Source: Cenococcum geophilum
Taxonomy: Eukaryota
Direction: 5' to 3'
DNA: 64,000 bases
Assembly (NCBI GenBank): GCA_050273025.1
Contig: CP158635.1
Coordinates: 2,108,001-2,172,000 of the forward strand
Shown here in pieces: positions 12,401-25,155 of the stretch. The notes under the pieces are model-generated. The model did no database searches. It had not been told where the DNA came from and was given only the letters and a program-made list of their open reading frames with translations. A program made the position numbers and the translations under genes. Position 1 is the stretch's first letter; every line of letters begins with the position of its first letter.

Positions 12401-15140
12401 CTGTCCAGCAGAAACGGACTCCGCTACAGCAGACGGGAGTTCATCCTCGGAAGAGAAGTCCCCGCTAGATTGATCACTAGTGTCGCTCTCGTCTGCGTTC
12501 TGTCCGTCTGATGAAATTCCGGCCGGATGGGTCTGATGGGCATCGCTTTCCTCTGTAGATCCCCGAAGCATCTTCAATAGTGAGAGTCGTTGTGGAGTGG
12601 ATGTTTTAGGGGTATCGGCTTGTGAGAGTTTGAATCGGTCCTTCGCTGTTATCATCTTCGACTCCTTTTGCGCTAATGGTGATTTGGTAGCTTGTTGTGT
12701 GGGGAAACTGAACCGGCCATCACTATATTTCGAATCGGAGAGACTTATTTTCCTGTTGAAGCTGACAGGATCAAAAATGCTCTCTCTGTGGGTACTACCC
12801 GCTAGAGTTCTGTGAGCCGCGTTTGGACTAATATCTGTTGTTGGCGAAGGTAGAAGTTTCTGTTTAATTAAGTGCGGGCTCAGTGGAGGGCTGAAAACGA
12901 TTTCCTCAATCTCTTGTCTTGTCGCTGCCGGCTCATCAAGATCCATGGGTTTTGAGTCCGAATGATCGGCGATCTCCGGTTCAATAATTGCTTCCATATC
13001 GCTCGATTGGAAAATCTCTGAATCATGGCTGTTTTCGTTCTTTAACTGCGTGTCCAACGGAGCAGCATCAGCTAAGCTTGGCTCTGGATCTAATGAAGGT
13101 TCCTTTTTGACATTATGCTCTTGGGCTGGCGAGTCCTGGAGCTTTGGTTGCGTGGAAACGTCGGCAGGTGGTGCATCAGCTCTAGTCATTTCGATCATAT
13201 CCTCAAACTCCGCACCGTCCGGTTCGTCAAAGAAATTGAAATCCGCTTCTGTGACTCCAGTTCCCCCAAATACGTCTTCGTCCATGTCTTCGAAAAGATC
13301 ATCATTCGCGTCATGTAGTGAGGTGTCGAAGTGCATTTCTTGTTGCGAGTCGAACGTGTGATGCATTTCTGGTGAACTTCCAGGGAGATCATGTACTGTT
13401 GTGGAGTCGATGTCAAGTGGTCCTGGCAAGCCCAACAATGGCTGGTTTCCAGCTTGGGCCAGGATTCCGTCAATGTTCGCAGTTGGACCAGAAACACTCG
13501 GGACATCAATACTAGATGATCCGCCTTGACCTTGTGACACAATTCCGTCCGGAGGGGTTGGATAAACGCCGCTGACCGCCTGGAGGTCACCATACGCACC
13601 AGTCCGTGAGTATAGAGGCGAGGATGGGTATAAATTAGTGGCGTCTACATGGGCCTGAGCTGCTTCTACTTCAGCCTGCTGAGTCTTTCGCCGAGCCTTT
13701 TGTACTTTGGCTCTCTCAGCCTTCCCGGAGAACCATTGTTGGGCAAGATCTAAAGGATCTCGAAATCCAGTTGAGTCGGGGGTTTGAAACCAATCAAGAG
13801 ACCTGTCTGAAGAACTATACGGTTGATGGCGCCCTTCTGCATCCGTCACATGAGCATTGAGGTTATTTGATGCATTACTACAAGACTCATAAAAGAAGCA
13901 CAGTGGTGCCGGCCAAAGAACTTCTCGGGAATGCGTCGGGAATGAAGGGGTTTGATCCATGGAAGTCGGTTGAACATCTTGAGCTATTTGGATCTTTACC
14001 CAAGCCTTGTTCTCTATTTGCCTTGAAAGAGAAATTCCTTTGCTTTTTAACCACCGAATAACGATAATCTTCCACTTTCGGATCTCTTCTTCAAAATTCC
14101 TGATTTTTGGGCGTTTGTGTTGCCCTTGCCGAATCTCATTTTCATCAATGGTAATTAGAGAATCTTCGAATTCCACAAGTCGGGCAAGTATGCCGTTCGG
14201 TGCGATACGGATATATTTACCAACCATGTTTTCTTGTGCCTCTTCTGCTAGTGAGCTGCTAATTTGGTGAATCTCAGGGTGTCGAAACGATGACGTAGAG
14301 ACTACAACAGACCCTCCACTCGTCCAATGGACATTCATGCCTGTAAGCCATGCAGACAGCTCAGGTATTGCTGAGTCTTCAATCTCTGCCTGTGACTCGG
14401 CCGTTGAAAATGATATGAATGTCCGATAGTTCAATGGTATCACGTCGTGATCCCGTGCTAGATAGTATGATAGGAGAGCAATGATAGCTGACATAAATAA
14501 CTCATAAATGGCGTATATATCAGATTGCTGTTGCTGCTCCCCGCCGCTGGTGAATGACATGTGAATTTGGGCGTTGGCTTGGACTGCTCGCAAATTGCTT
14601 GTCTGAGCTGCACGATAGCTCGATTGAGTTGAAGGAGAGTTTGAGGTTGCTGCGGATGCGGAGGTATTCATGCTTATTGGCCTCCCAGGATACCTTGCCA
14701 AATCAGCTGCTTTTACAACTCCTGAGCGCTCCGCTTGATATAAATTAGCAACATGCTGAATGGGCGTGATGCAGTCATCCTACCATGGAATGCAAAGCCA
14801 TCAAGAACAGGAGAAGCTGCAGGTATTTGGCCGGATCTATCAGGAGTTGTAGATCGAAAGAACCACAACCAAGATCTGCCCCCATCTTGAACAACCAAAT
14901 GGTTTCCCTGCCTGAATGACTCCTCGACGGCATGTAGGTCCTCGGGATTTTCCACTCTTTCATCCGAGTTTACCGGGGGGGTGGTAGGATTGCGTTTAAC
15001 AGAGAAGGCCTGATATGCGACAGCTTCGAAGTCTCCCTGTTGAAGAAAAAACGTGTTAGTACTGGACTTCGTAGGACATCGAGAGTGTTTTATCCTACAA
15101 TAGCTTGCGCATTAGTATTACAAGTCCTAAGAAATTCCAT
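9475..15140 (-). CDS. SSN2: Mediator complex subunit 13 (CDK8 module), multi-exon
   Basis: Start MEFLRTCNTNAQAI at 15140, then an intron (15098-15037) and further GT-AG introns joining ORFs 14713-14955, 12251-14701, 11827-12120 and 9475-11349. Motifs VYPTPPDG, VTEADFNFFDEPD, FWEPLGLAPTSGPKN, HLGYAISLDGAWISAAWSD, and C-terminal LGLLARLKG...VPWHVAAA. Confidence 0.93.
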
Positions 15141-15899
15141 TACAAGGGCTGTTCTCCCAAACTATGGAATACTCAGATGATATTGCCGTTGAAGATGCAC
15201 GCCCAATACTGCTATGTGAACCTTCATCAACTCCGCTCCGCAGAGGTCGAGTCGCGGCGCGCAGTCGATATTACTATGACAGGCCTAAGTAACCGGATAT
15301 CTCCATGAGCCTTATGCAAGATACATTATATAATATGGTCGCGTGGTTCGTTGGCTCCAGATCAAGCATTGCTACTCAACCTGGGAAAAGAGGATGGAGA
15401 AGGTCGAGGGGCCCCAAAGTAGTCCGGAAACGGTATCTGGAAGCGCAGCTTGCCAAATCCAAGGACAGAGCGGAAAATATAAGTATTGAAGACAGAGCGG
15501 GCGTTACGGATCGAGGTAGACCGAGAGCCTGATGTCCCCGGCAGGCTGGCCCTTGAGAGAGTTCAGCCTTGTGAGGCGTGATTTTTTCAGATTGATGCCA
15601 AGCAATCGGTACGTACCTAGGTATTTCTTCAGTTTGGACAGGCCGTTGGTGATCTTCAGAAGGGCATATGAAAACTAGCCTGTGCCTCGCTTTAGATTTG
15701 CGAAAGGATTTTTTAACGAGCTTTTCGTACTCATTTTGATCCTCTGATCAAGTGTCTAACAGTGCATAACAGCACTAGATGCACGAGCTGACTGGTGAGC
15801 AACAATAGACGACCTGCGCCTCTCGCGAAAAGCTTCCAGGCGAAATTTTCGAACTGCAAGTCTGCTCCACTAAGGAACCAACTCCATGTACATAGCACC
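15141..15899. promoter_or_regulatory. Divergent (likely bidirectional) promoter region between MED13 and ENP2
   Basis: Two head-to-head start codons about 760 bp apart; no specific sites identified. Confidence 0.4.
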
Positions 15900-18214
15900 A
15901 TGAAGCTGTCTACTCACTCTGCCGTCCCCGTATACACCGTCTCTGGTTCATCGACCGCTCGACCTCTTCCAGATTGGCTTGCGCGCAAACGGAAACGGAG
16001 CTTGAAGCAGGATCCTGAGTTCGCCAACCGGGTAGAGCTGCTCCAAGATTTCGAGTTCGAAGAGGCAAGTTCCTGTGTGCGCGTGAGCGAAGATGGCGAC
16101 TGGGTTATGAGTACAGGCGAGTCTCCCTTTTGTTGCTGAAGTAATTCGTCGTTCACTCTCGAAATTGTACCCCCGCAATATGCTAACCTCAATCTCCAGG
16201 AACCTATAAACCACAGATACATACCCACTACTTACCGCACCTCTCTCTCTCATTCGCACGCCATACAGACACACTAAACGAAACGTTTCTTCTTCTTTCC
16301 TCAGACTATTCCAAGTCTCTCCACCTGCAGACGAACCGCTTTCTCGAATTCCACACTCCCCAAGGATGTCATTATTCAACACGAATACCGCGGTATGGAC
16401 GAGACCTCCTCTACGACAGGCACTCTACCGAAGCGCTCATACCATCAGTTGGCGTCAATGTGGAAGGAAATGGTGAAGTTTTTCGGTTAAACCTCGAAGT
16501 GGGTCGATTCATGAAGGGCTATGAAGTTGATGTAGGAGGAGACGATTTCACATCTGCAGGTGGGGGCGCATTACAGGGAGGAATCAATACTGGAAGCGTA
16601 AACACGGCGGCAATAGCAGAAGAAAGCCACAACTTGCTTGCATTCGGGACTTCGCTTGGGACCGTCGAATTCTGGGACCCGCGGTCTAGAAGTAGAGCTG
16701 GGATACTCTCAACGCCATTAGGCTCATCGCTCTCTAACGGGAGGTCAGAAATTACAGCACTTCAGTTCCACCAGTCAGGCCTTGAGCTCGCCACTGGCTC
16801 CTCTGATGGCCTCATACATCTCTACGATCTCCGCTCTCCAGTACCACTTCTTGGAAAGGACCAAGGCTACGGTTATCCAATCCAAAATCTCATCTACCTT
16901 AACGGTGTCACCTCAACCCGCGCGCAAACTTCTGAACCAAAAATACTATCTTCTGACAAACGCATCATTAAAATTTGGGATCGTTGTGACGGCACACCAT
17001 GGACATCTGTCGAGCCCGCAGTGGACATTAACCATGTCGAATGGTGTCGTGATAGTGGCATGCTTCTTACAGCAAACGAAGGGAAACAACAGCATTCGTT
17101 CTTTATTCCGCAACTTGGGCCTGCTCCGAAATGGTGTGCATTCCTCGATAATCTCGTGGAAGAGATGGCGGAGGACCCTGATGACCCGAATGCGTTCGGA
17201 AAGCACCAGACTGGAGAGGTTTACGATAACTACAAATTCCTCACATTGCCGCAACTACGAAACCTTAACTTAGATCATTTAGTCGGAACGACGAGCCTGT
17301 TGCGCCCATATATGCACGGATATTTTGTCGCCCAGCGGCTCTATGAGGAAGCAAGATTGATATCGAATCCAGAACTGTGGCAGGAACAGCGGGCGAAGAG
17401 TATCCAGGAAAAGATAAACAAAGAGAGGGAGAGTAGGATCCGAGGGAACAAGAAGGTATCAGTTAAAGTCAACCGAAGACTTGCCGAGAAGCTGTTAGAA
17501 AGGGAAGAGAAGAACGAGCGGAGACGAGCAAAGCGAGTGTTGGAGAAGGGCGGTGATGATGATATGACTGGCTTGGGCAAAGTACTAAGCGCGGCTACTA
17601 ATAATGAAGACGCTGAAATGAGCGGAGCGATTGAGAATAAGCCCTCTACCGGTAAAGGCCTTCTCAACGATCCTCGGTTCGCGAGGCTCTTCAAAGATGA
17701 GGATTTTGAAATCGATGAGACATCTCACGAATTTCAATCTATCAATCCTAGTACCCAAACGTCGGCGAGATTACCAAAAGGCCTCACTGCTGTGGAGGAG
17801 GAAGAACTGGAAGACCGGCATGGTTCCAGCTCAGACGAATCATCATCCGAAAGCGAGACTGAACAGAAGCAATCAGCCACCAAAGAGAAGCCTCAAGATA
17901 ATGGGCGCATCTCATCTTCATCATACAAACGGTCAGGTCACAGATCTCAACGCCCTCAGATGATTGTATCTTCCTCAAACAGAAAGCCTCAACAGAGCCG
18001 GGATAGATCTTTCGGGTCTCGAGCTACCTCGCTTAAAGAAAAGAAAGTCTCATTTAGCGGGGGTGCTAGGGGTGTTGTGGGCGAGAAGGAGATCACCTTT
18101 GCGCCCGCAAAGAAAAAGGAAGCGGGTGGTGTGGGTGAGGAGAATACTAAAAAGCAGTGGCACGATCGGAAGGACCGGAGAAGCGCTAGTGGGAATGTCT
18201 TCCGGCGAATGTAA
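15900..18214 (+). CDS. ENP2: Ribosome biogenesis protein ENP2/NOL10 (WD40 + NUC153); exons 15900-16116 and 16200-18214
   Basis: MKLS..VPVYTVSG..LPDWLARKRKRSLK..RVELLQDFEFEEAS; splicing restores the conserved STGTYKPQIH. Also FIPQLGPAPKWCAFLDNLVEEM, VYDNYKFLT and DPRFARLFKDEDFEIDE. Confidence 0.95.
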
Positions 18215-18530
18215 TAGCCTATTGTGTCAACCATTGATGCACAATCAAGTCTATGGCCTGTTAAGATACCCCATTCCTACCCTCCTACAGATTACTATCT
18301 GCTAATTGACACTTCGTAAAGCCTGTCAGATAATCTTAATTTGATTAGTGTAGAGTGCTTTGATACGATTTCACAAAATCTCTTATGAAAACATGCTAAG
18401 AGGCGCTCCGTGATCGAAGGAGCCTTGAGATCCCTCAGATAAGCAAAGATACGTAGTTGTCGAACTTGCTCCTAGTCACTTAAGTCTTGAATAAAGGTTC
18501 AAGTAGAAGATATTTACTCTTTGACAATCC

Positions 18531-19328
18531 TTATATTGAGACCATATATACTGCTGCTCCTACTACGACTAATGGGCCGGTATAAATGGCTAATTCCTTG
18601 AAACCGGCGAGGAATCTCTTCTCTTTCATAACCTGCTCGTCATTCAGCCTTGGAAACTCCTCTTGCTGTTCTTCTTTGCTGAGAAATTGACATAGTGGGC
18701 CCCATCCTGTGCCAAGTTTATACTCAAGCAACCTCTCCGGTAGCACTATGTCACGTATATGTTCGTAGTGCGCCACGAATTCTGAACGAGCTTTACGTAG
18801 GATTTCGTCTCCCGAAGAAGCCCGGAAGTGGCCTAGTAGCAACCGCTTATAGAAGATGCCCATGCGTAAGCCGATGAGCGACTCAGCATAGTTCACTAGG
18901 ATGTCTGCGGTGCGGCTGGGGGGATTCCAACGATATTGGCTGAGAAAGATTTGTGCCAGCTTTCGAGGACCACTTTGGCCTGATCGGGGTTAGTGCGCGC
19001 TTGCTAGGGAGAACGAGAGTTCGAGATTACCTTTGGATACACTTCAACTAACTCATCCGCAAAACAGGCGCATGGCATGTCTGTCACCACTGCACATCGG
19101 CCAAGCAGCACGTCCGGTGAGTGTTTTGCCTAGGCCATAGAATTTCGCGTCTGATGCTCTTTCCCACAGAGGTATATCCTGAGGACGGGATAGCATATCG
19201 AAGCTATGGTAAGTGTCATTACACCCAAGCCTTGATAGTGCGGCTTGCATGAAAGATGTTCCTGTTCTTGGTAAGCCCAGTGCAAGAACCTGCATAGGGA
19301 CTTGTCTAGAAGAGGTTGGTTCGGCCAT
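18531..19328 (-). pseudogene. P-loop sulfotransferase-like (Sulfotransfer_4-type) gene, frameshifted
   Basis: N-terminus VLALGLPRTGTS. After about 19115 the conserved LLGRCAVVTDMPCACFADELVEVYP continues in another frame and then stops. The C-terminal ORF has HYEHIRDIVLPERLLEYKLGTGWGPLCQFL...FPRLND. Confidence 0.75.
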
Positions 19329-20157
19329 GGTGTGAGAATGTTTTAAGATGAAGTTCTGGTGATATTATTGCATTAGTGCTAGAGCTGGGTGGAGGTAGCT
19401 ACCGGGTTGATGATTCATCTCCGGAAACAGGTTACTGTTGTACTTATCCTTCCAGCGGTGAAATGTATCCTACGGTTATCGATAAGAGCCAGCCAATAGA
19501 ATCAATAAGATCAAGGCTCATACGCGTACTTTTGTTCGCGCACGGTCCAACTCTCGTAGGACTTCGCCGTTGGAAGGCAAAGGCTGATAATAAATAGAGG
19601 GGTGTTTTCTAACGGGAGTGGATTGAATCAATTGCACGGCGGAGACAAAGTTTTTACTGGATGCACTACTGGATGTACTACTGCAGAGCTGAATGTGCAG
19701 AGGTTGTCAGGGAATGAACTTAATGAGGCTGTGCTCGTGCCGCGGCAAGGGCAGGCTATTCGAGTGGTGATCTGGCGACGCGCACGCTGAACCACCACCG
19801 CCCAGCAATTTAGCAGTTGCTAACTGTCTTTGTACGAAGATTGGAAAGCCAAGAAGTTTTAGGACAAGACAGGTACGCAACGGTAGGGGACCTCGGACCC
19901 GAAGAATTTCTTTTTCCAAGAATAGAAAGTCCTGTATTAGGTTCAATAAGCGACCAAGCAGGCGTCATCGGGTTCATTCGCCGAGGGTAATTGTGCAGTT
20001 TGAAAGGTTCACAGCCTCCAACCACGCGTTTGATGGCTGTTCGCAAAAATGTTAAGACTAGCTCACCATTGCTTTTCTAGTCCGCTAAAACCTCTCTCCA
20101 GGCCTCAACCTCCTACCCTATTATTATTTCTAGGCTTCGGAAATATAACATGAAGCC

Positions 20158-21765
20158 ATGCTAGACGAGAATCTCCCTAGTAAGTACACTGCTATACAGC
20201 AGCAGCTCATCTTCATCACTAACACTCTACCAGCTTTCTTTCTTAAACCGTCGCCAGACAATATCAAGCATCACCAGTCCTTCTATCTATCGCAGTATGG
20301 CTCTGAGCCAGAAGCTACATATGCTCTCCACCACCTCGACCCCTCCTCGAATTCAGCGAAGAATACCTATGCCGCAGCAATATTTGACTCTCACAACCCA
20401 GAAGTCCTCTTCGCAGAGGTGCTAGCAAGGCCTGGATGGACTCAGCCTACGCTATCTCAAGAAGAAATTCGGCGTAATGGAGGTGTTCCTCCGCCACCTC
20501 AGCCCATACTTCCGACCGAGTTTGCCATTCAACTCTACAATCCTGATCAGGTTGTCAAGGTCACACAGCAGACTGGAAAATGGACCGGTAGCACTTGCTA
20601 CGAGTTTAGCATGCCGCAAACCTCCTTTAGAACACCCAGTGTTTCTGCGCTAGATCGGAGTCAGGGTGATCCTGGAGCGGACACCGCAACGCCTAAGATC
20701 AATTTTGTCTGGAGAAAGGAGAGCAAACTATCAAAGGACATGATATGTTTTATGACAGGGAAATCTACCGATCCCACTGGCAAGAAAAAGAGCAAGGAAC
20801 CTGATATTGCTGTCGCCTTGTTCGCGGGGTTAAAAGAAATAACTATCTACGAGCCAAATCTTTACAGAGTTGAAATGGAAGACTATAAAGGTCTAGAGGT
20901 GGTACTGCTGTTGGGTGCAGCTGTTATACGGGACCTGTACTTCGGCCACACTAAGGAAGCGTTCCACATCACAGACCCTGGAGCGAGGAAAAACAGCGGA
21001 GGCATTTTAGGCAGGAAGACTTCATCTCCAATAGAACCAATCCTCATAACCCCTCCAGTACCCAGCAGGCCAACATCCTCTCAAATCCCTCTGACTAATC
21101 TTCCTATTCGACCTAGTTCGAATGGAGCAGCGATGAATGATCTTTACCAACAGCAGTCCCGAAACGATAGAAACAGACACTCTCTCCCTCCTCTCCAAAC
21201 AGGAGCTACGCCATCACCACATGCGGATCCTCGTGCACAATGGGAAATCGAAGCCGAGACCGCTCGCATCAAAGCCCAGGTCGAGGCTGAAGACCGCGAA
21301 CGGAAACGCCTTGAAGATATACAAAGGCGGAAACGCTTAAAGGCTGAGGAGGCAGAAGCCAAAAAAACCATGAAATTTCTCGAAGCAGAAGAGAAGAATC
21401 GGCGAAGGCGTCAGGCTGGGGTCGATAAAGAGACGGAACGCTTACGAAAGCAATACGGAAACCAAGACACTTTAACACCGCTACCGCCATCTCAGCAACA
21501 TAGATACTCCGCGCCGCTGCTTCAACAACCATCTCACAGACCTGCAGTGCCTCCCCGCCATACGTCTAGTGGGCCTTATCTCCAGTCACCAGGTGGGGGT
21601 CAGCCCAGCGCTTCAGCCAGTTCCTTTTTTGGTGGTGGTGGACTTTTGCGACCTGACGAGGGACGTAAGTTAAAGGGTGGGAAGAAGAGTTTCTGGGGTC
21701 TGAGAAGCCAGAGCGACGATCAAAGTTCGAATACGTTGCGGAAAAAGCAAAGTAGTAGGTTTTAA
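20158..21765 (+). CDS. Conserved fungal hypothetical protein (N-terminal globular region, Pro-rich and coiled-coil C-terminus); intron 20180-20233
   Basis: 535-codon ORF containing a 54-bp in-frame GTAAGT...CTAAC...CAG intron. Conserved-looking blocks MLDENLP(T)FFLK and EITIYEPNLYRVEMEDYKGLEVVLLLGAAVIRDLYF. Confidence 0.85.
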   Translation: MLDENLPSKYTAIQQQLIFITNTLPAFFLKPSPDNIKHHQSFYLSQYGSEPEATYALHHLDPSSNSAKNTYAAAIFDSHNPEVLFAEVLARPGWTQPTLSQEEIRRNGGVPPPPQPILPTEFAIQLYNPDQVVKVTQQTGKWTGSTCYEFSMPQTSFRTPSVSALDRSQGDPGADTATPKINFVWRKESKLSKDMICFMTGKSTDPTGKKKSKEPDIAVALFAGLKEITIYEPNLYRVEMEDYKGLEVVLLLGAAVIRDLYFGHTKEAFHITDPGARKNSGGILGRKTSSPIEPILITPPVPSRPTSSQIPLTNLPIRPSSNGAAMNDLYQQQSRNDRNRHSLPPLQTGATPSPHADPRAQWEIEAETARIKAQVEAEDRERKRLEDIQRRKRLKAEEAEAKKTMKFLEAEEKNRRRRQAGVDKETERLRKQYGNQDTLTPLPPSQQHRYSAPLLQQPSHRPAVPPRHTSSGPYLQSPGGGQPSASASSFFGGGGLLRPDEGRKLKGGKKSFWGLRSQSDDQSSNTLRKKQSSRF

Positions 21766-22309
21766 ATTCAAACTCTTTGGGAATTCTGCGGAGTTGGTAT
21801 GGAAACATTTCTTGGAATACAGTCTCTGCATTATCTTTCATATGATTCAACAAGGTTATGCTTACGCAAAATAAAATCTGTGCTCCTTCCGAACATGACA
21901 AGTTCTCGTTACAGGTTGTTTCTCGCCAGTGTATCTTTAGCTGATGCTTTCCCCTCTTTTCGTGCCGCCTCGCACCATTTCGCACAACACTCCCCGCTCT
22001 CTTAGCGCCAAGTCCTCGATGAGCAAATTTGAGCAACAAAATGGTCCGCGCCACAAATGCCTCAAGCACACATGTCGTGGGCTTGGCAGAGCTTAACATT
22101 CGGCTCTCCCTAATTGCCAAGCTCCTCCGCTGTTCAGCGCAGGTGGAATGTTCCCTAGCTTAGTTTTGCTAACTTCTGAAGAGCTATAAAGAGCAATTGG
22201 TCTCACCTTTTGTTCCGTTTCCATTCGTTGGACCTGCTCTAGATACTAAATAGGATATCTCATCCGTCTAAGGAGTTAGAAGGCCTTTCGCAATTTTCTC
22301 GCAGCAAGA

Positions 22310-23225
22310 ATGGCCTTTTCAACAACCATCACTTTTCTCTTCGCGCTCCTCCACCTCACTTCTGCCCACTTCACAGTTGAGTATCCCTATTGGCGAGGCT
22401 CGTCCTCCGCTGAAGGTACTTCGCAGTGGATTTTTCCATGTAGGTCTTCCGAAGCTGCTCCTTTCCAATTCCCGCCAACCTCTAGCATTTTTAGTTCAAG
22501 GCGCTAATTACCCTATTCTCCTAGGCGCCAACGTGTCGGAAACCACCAACCGCACTGCGTGGACCACAACAGGTGGCTCGCTCCGACTGCACGTTGGCCA
22601 CCACTGGGCACTGACCTACGTAAACCTTGGGCTCGGGAGCAATGTTACCAACTTCAACATCAGCCTTGTGGACCACTTCAACCAGACTGGGAATGGCACA
22701 TTCTGTCTTAAGGAGACCGGAAAGGCGCGGCTGGCTGCTGGACTTAGCGGAGCTGGGTACGACGCGAAATCAGTTGACGGAGTCGATGCGACGTTGCAGG
22801 TTATTCAGATTAGCACGACAGGGGCAGCATTATATAATGTAAGTGTAATTCCATTGGCTGAATTTTCTAGGCATGCTTTCGGTTCTCTCCGCTTTCTCCC
22901 TTCTTCATATATTCCTTTTCAACTTTCCTTCTTATTTGTCTTTCGAAAGTCCCCGCCATTACTCGATATTCTAACAGCCCAAAAGTGCGCAGATATCACT
23001 TTCAACGCCACTGCTGCTTTACTCGCAGACTCCGAATGCGCCAACTCGACTGATGTAGGCGGAATCGGAATCTTGAACGCGGACCAAGCGGGAAATACGA
23101 CGGCGACCAGCACTGCATCTGCAGGAGCCGCACCAACGAGTACGAGTGCTGCGTCTGCTTTGCAGATGCCCGCTTTAGGGGGAGTGGTTGCGGCGGTAAT
23201 TGGATTTGGTATTGCACTTACTTAA
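22310..23225 (+). CDS. GPI-anchored copper-binding BIM1/X325-like (LPMO-like) protein; introns about 22440-22524 and 22839-22985
   Basis: The signal peptide ends just before a mature N-terminal His (HFTVEYPYWRG). Second His region LHVGHHW, then GNGTFCL and ATLQVIQ...ALYN|CADITF, a Ser/Thr/Ala stalk and a hydrophobic GPI-type tail. Confidence 0.85.
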
Positions 23226-23944
23226 GGAAAGGGATGGAAATCGGAGCGCATAACTTCGTTAAAGGGAAGACCGGTACATAAGAGACGATATGCAAATCCG
23301 TAGGCAGCGTAATGAAATAATATATATTTTTAATCTCGTTCTCATGAATGTACGTGTTGATAAGAATGGTATAGTCTCGAGCTTTGCGCACGGGTCACAT
23401 CCAGGGAGGCTTCTATCACCGAAAACTTATCCTGTGCAACACTCCAACGGAGTTGTCCCTTATCATCGCAATGCCTCCATATCTAGCCTATCACTTTCAA
23501 AGCTTTCAAAGACAGCCCTTGTGAAGTGAGAAATGCATCATTCGCAAGACTATTCCTGCCAATCAGATTCGAAACCCCTTGCCTCCGTTGTCCACCTTGT
23601 CAACATTTTCTTGAAACGTAGCACGTTAGTGCTAGATAGGCCCAAAGCGCCTCACAATTCATTAAGATGCAGTTCGTTGGTTGAGTACAAGTAATACCTT
23701 GTTCCTTTCGGCAATGACCTCTATACTCGGTAATACGTATCATGTTCGGCGTTGACGATTTATTTCCTTACGCCTTTCCGGCCATGATATAAGTTAAAGC
23801 ATCCGCTAGGCCCAGTACTTCGCCAAATTTAAATGTAAATTTCGCCGGAGCATACGAAGATCAGCCATAACAGGTTCCTGGGCCACAGAAACAATGCCGG
23901 ACCAGTTAGCCTGCCAAGGGTCCGATTCTGGTTGAGTATGAGCG

Positions 23945-24815
23945 GGCCATGCGGAGAAGCATCTGCCTGGTGATCGCTTCAACGAGTACGGCTTCACGAT
24001 CCGAACCAAGGCAAAACTGGTGAGAGTTTCCACATGTGGAGCTTCATATGCGAGCAAAAGAGACGGGATCATCGACGGGGGCCTCATCCAAAACGCTGCT
24101 GGTATACAGGAAGTTCAGCGATGAAGGGAAAAAAAAGCACACGCATCCTACTGTGCAACAAAGGCCAGGACATTGACGACTACTACCCGCCGGGCTCGCT
24201 GCAGATAAAGGAGAAAGACGACTCCGTGACGTGGGAGCTCGGCGGCCATATCCACATCAGCAAGCTGCTTCACCCCACCGTGACGACTGCCGCGCGTCCA
24301 GGACCACCGAGATATGGCCGTACGCTGAATTTATAATGGGCACACTATCTCCAAACGCATCATCCAGAGCCGGCATATTCCGGACTGGCTGGGGTACATG
24401 GCGGGCCGCGGCCTGAACTGCATGCAGGTCTTTCAGCGACAACCTCACGCAGTACATCATCGCAGACAAGGGCAAGCGTGCGGGCGGGATGGTCAATGTC
24501 GGGACTGAGCAGATCGGGTTGCATGATCCGACGAGTAGAGTGGTTGAGAAACTAGCGCACTGTGTGGATCCGCAGTCGAATATTCAGCCGTATAAATGGA
24601 GTATCATGATGCAGACGGAGAAAGGCACGTTGGAGGCCGTAACGTATGCGTATGCGTTACTATACTTGGATTTGGCGAGGTGGCGTGCTGATTGCCAGTC
24701 AGTATGTTGCTAATGCGGAAGCAAGATTTACGTATACGGATGTTCCAGTCATCAGGGAAGCGCAGATGGCAAGTGTGGAAAGTATGCGTACGCTTTGCAA
24801 GCAGCCGCTAGATCA
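23945..24815 (+). pseudogene. Degraded, multiply frameshifted gene of unknown family
   Basis: Protein-like segments hop between frames: GHAEKHLPGDRFNEYGF / RILLCNKGQDIDDYYPPGSLQIKEKDDSVTWELGG / FSDNLTQYIIADKGKRAGGMVNVG...DPQSNIQPYKWSIMMQTEKGTLEAVTYAY. The central part looks GC3-rich. Confidence 0.45.
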
Positions 24816-25155
24816 GTAGGTATTTACGCCGATTTAAAGGTGGGTGCTATGTAGATCTAAGGTTAGGAAAGGACGAAGTCCCCCAAAGACCCTGGCTTGG
24901 CTGAAACAATGTAGTGTTTACCCAAGAACCCACGCTCACAAGGATCGATATGAGTTAGAACAGCAAGAAGTATTAGGATGAAGGGCTAACGACTGAGTAG
25001 GCTATGCACTCAAAGAAAAGCAAAGGCAAGAATGAATCATCCAAACGCCATCAGAACCTATTCAACTTTTCCGCCACTCCCATCTCAATTTATCCAGCCC
25101 GATATGCCTAAAAATTTTCGACGTCTAAGAAGGAAATGGGCCTGAATGAGGTTGT

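Noticed and set aside
9479..14748. Many short ORFs antisense or out of frame within MED13 (likewise within ENP2 and the asparaginase)
   Set aside because: Shadow ORFs of real coding sequence.
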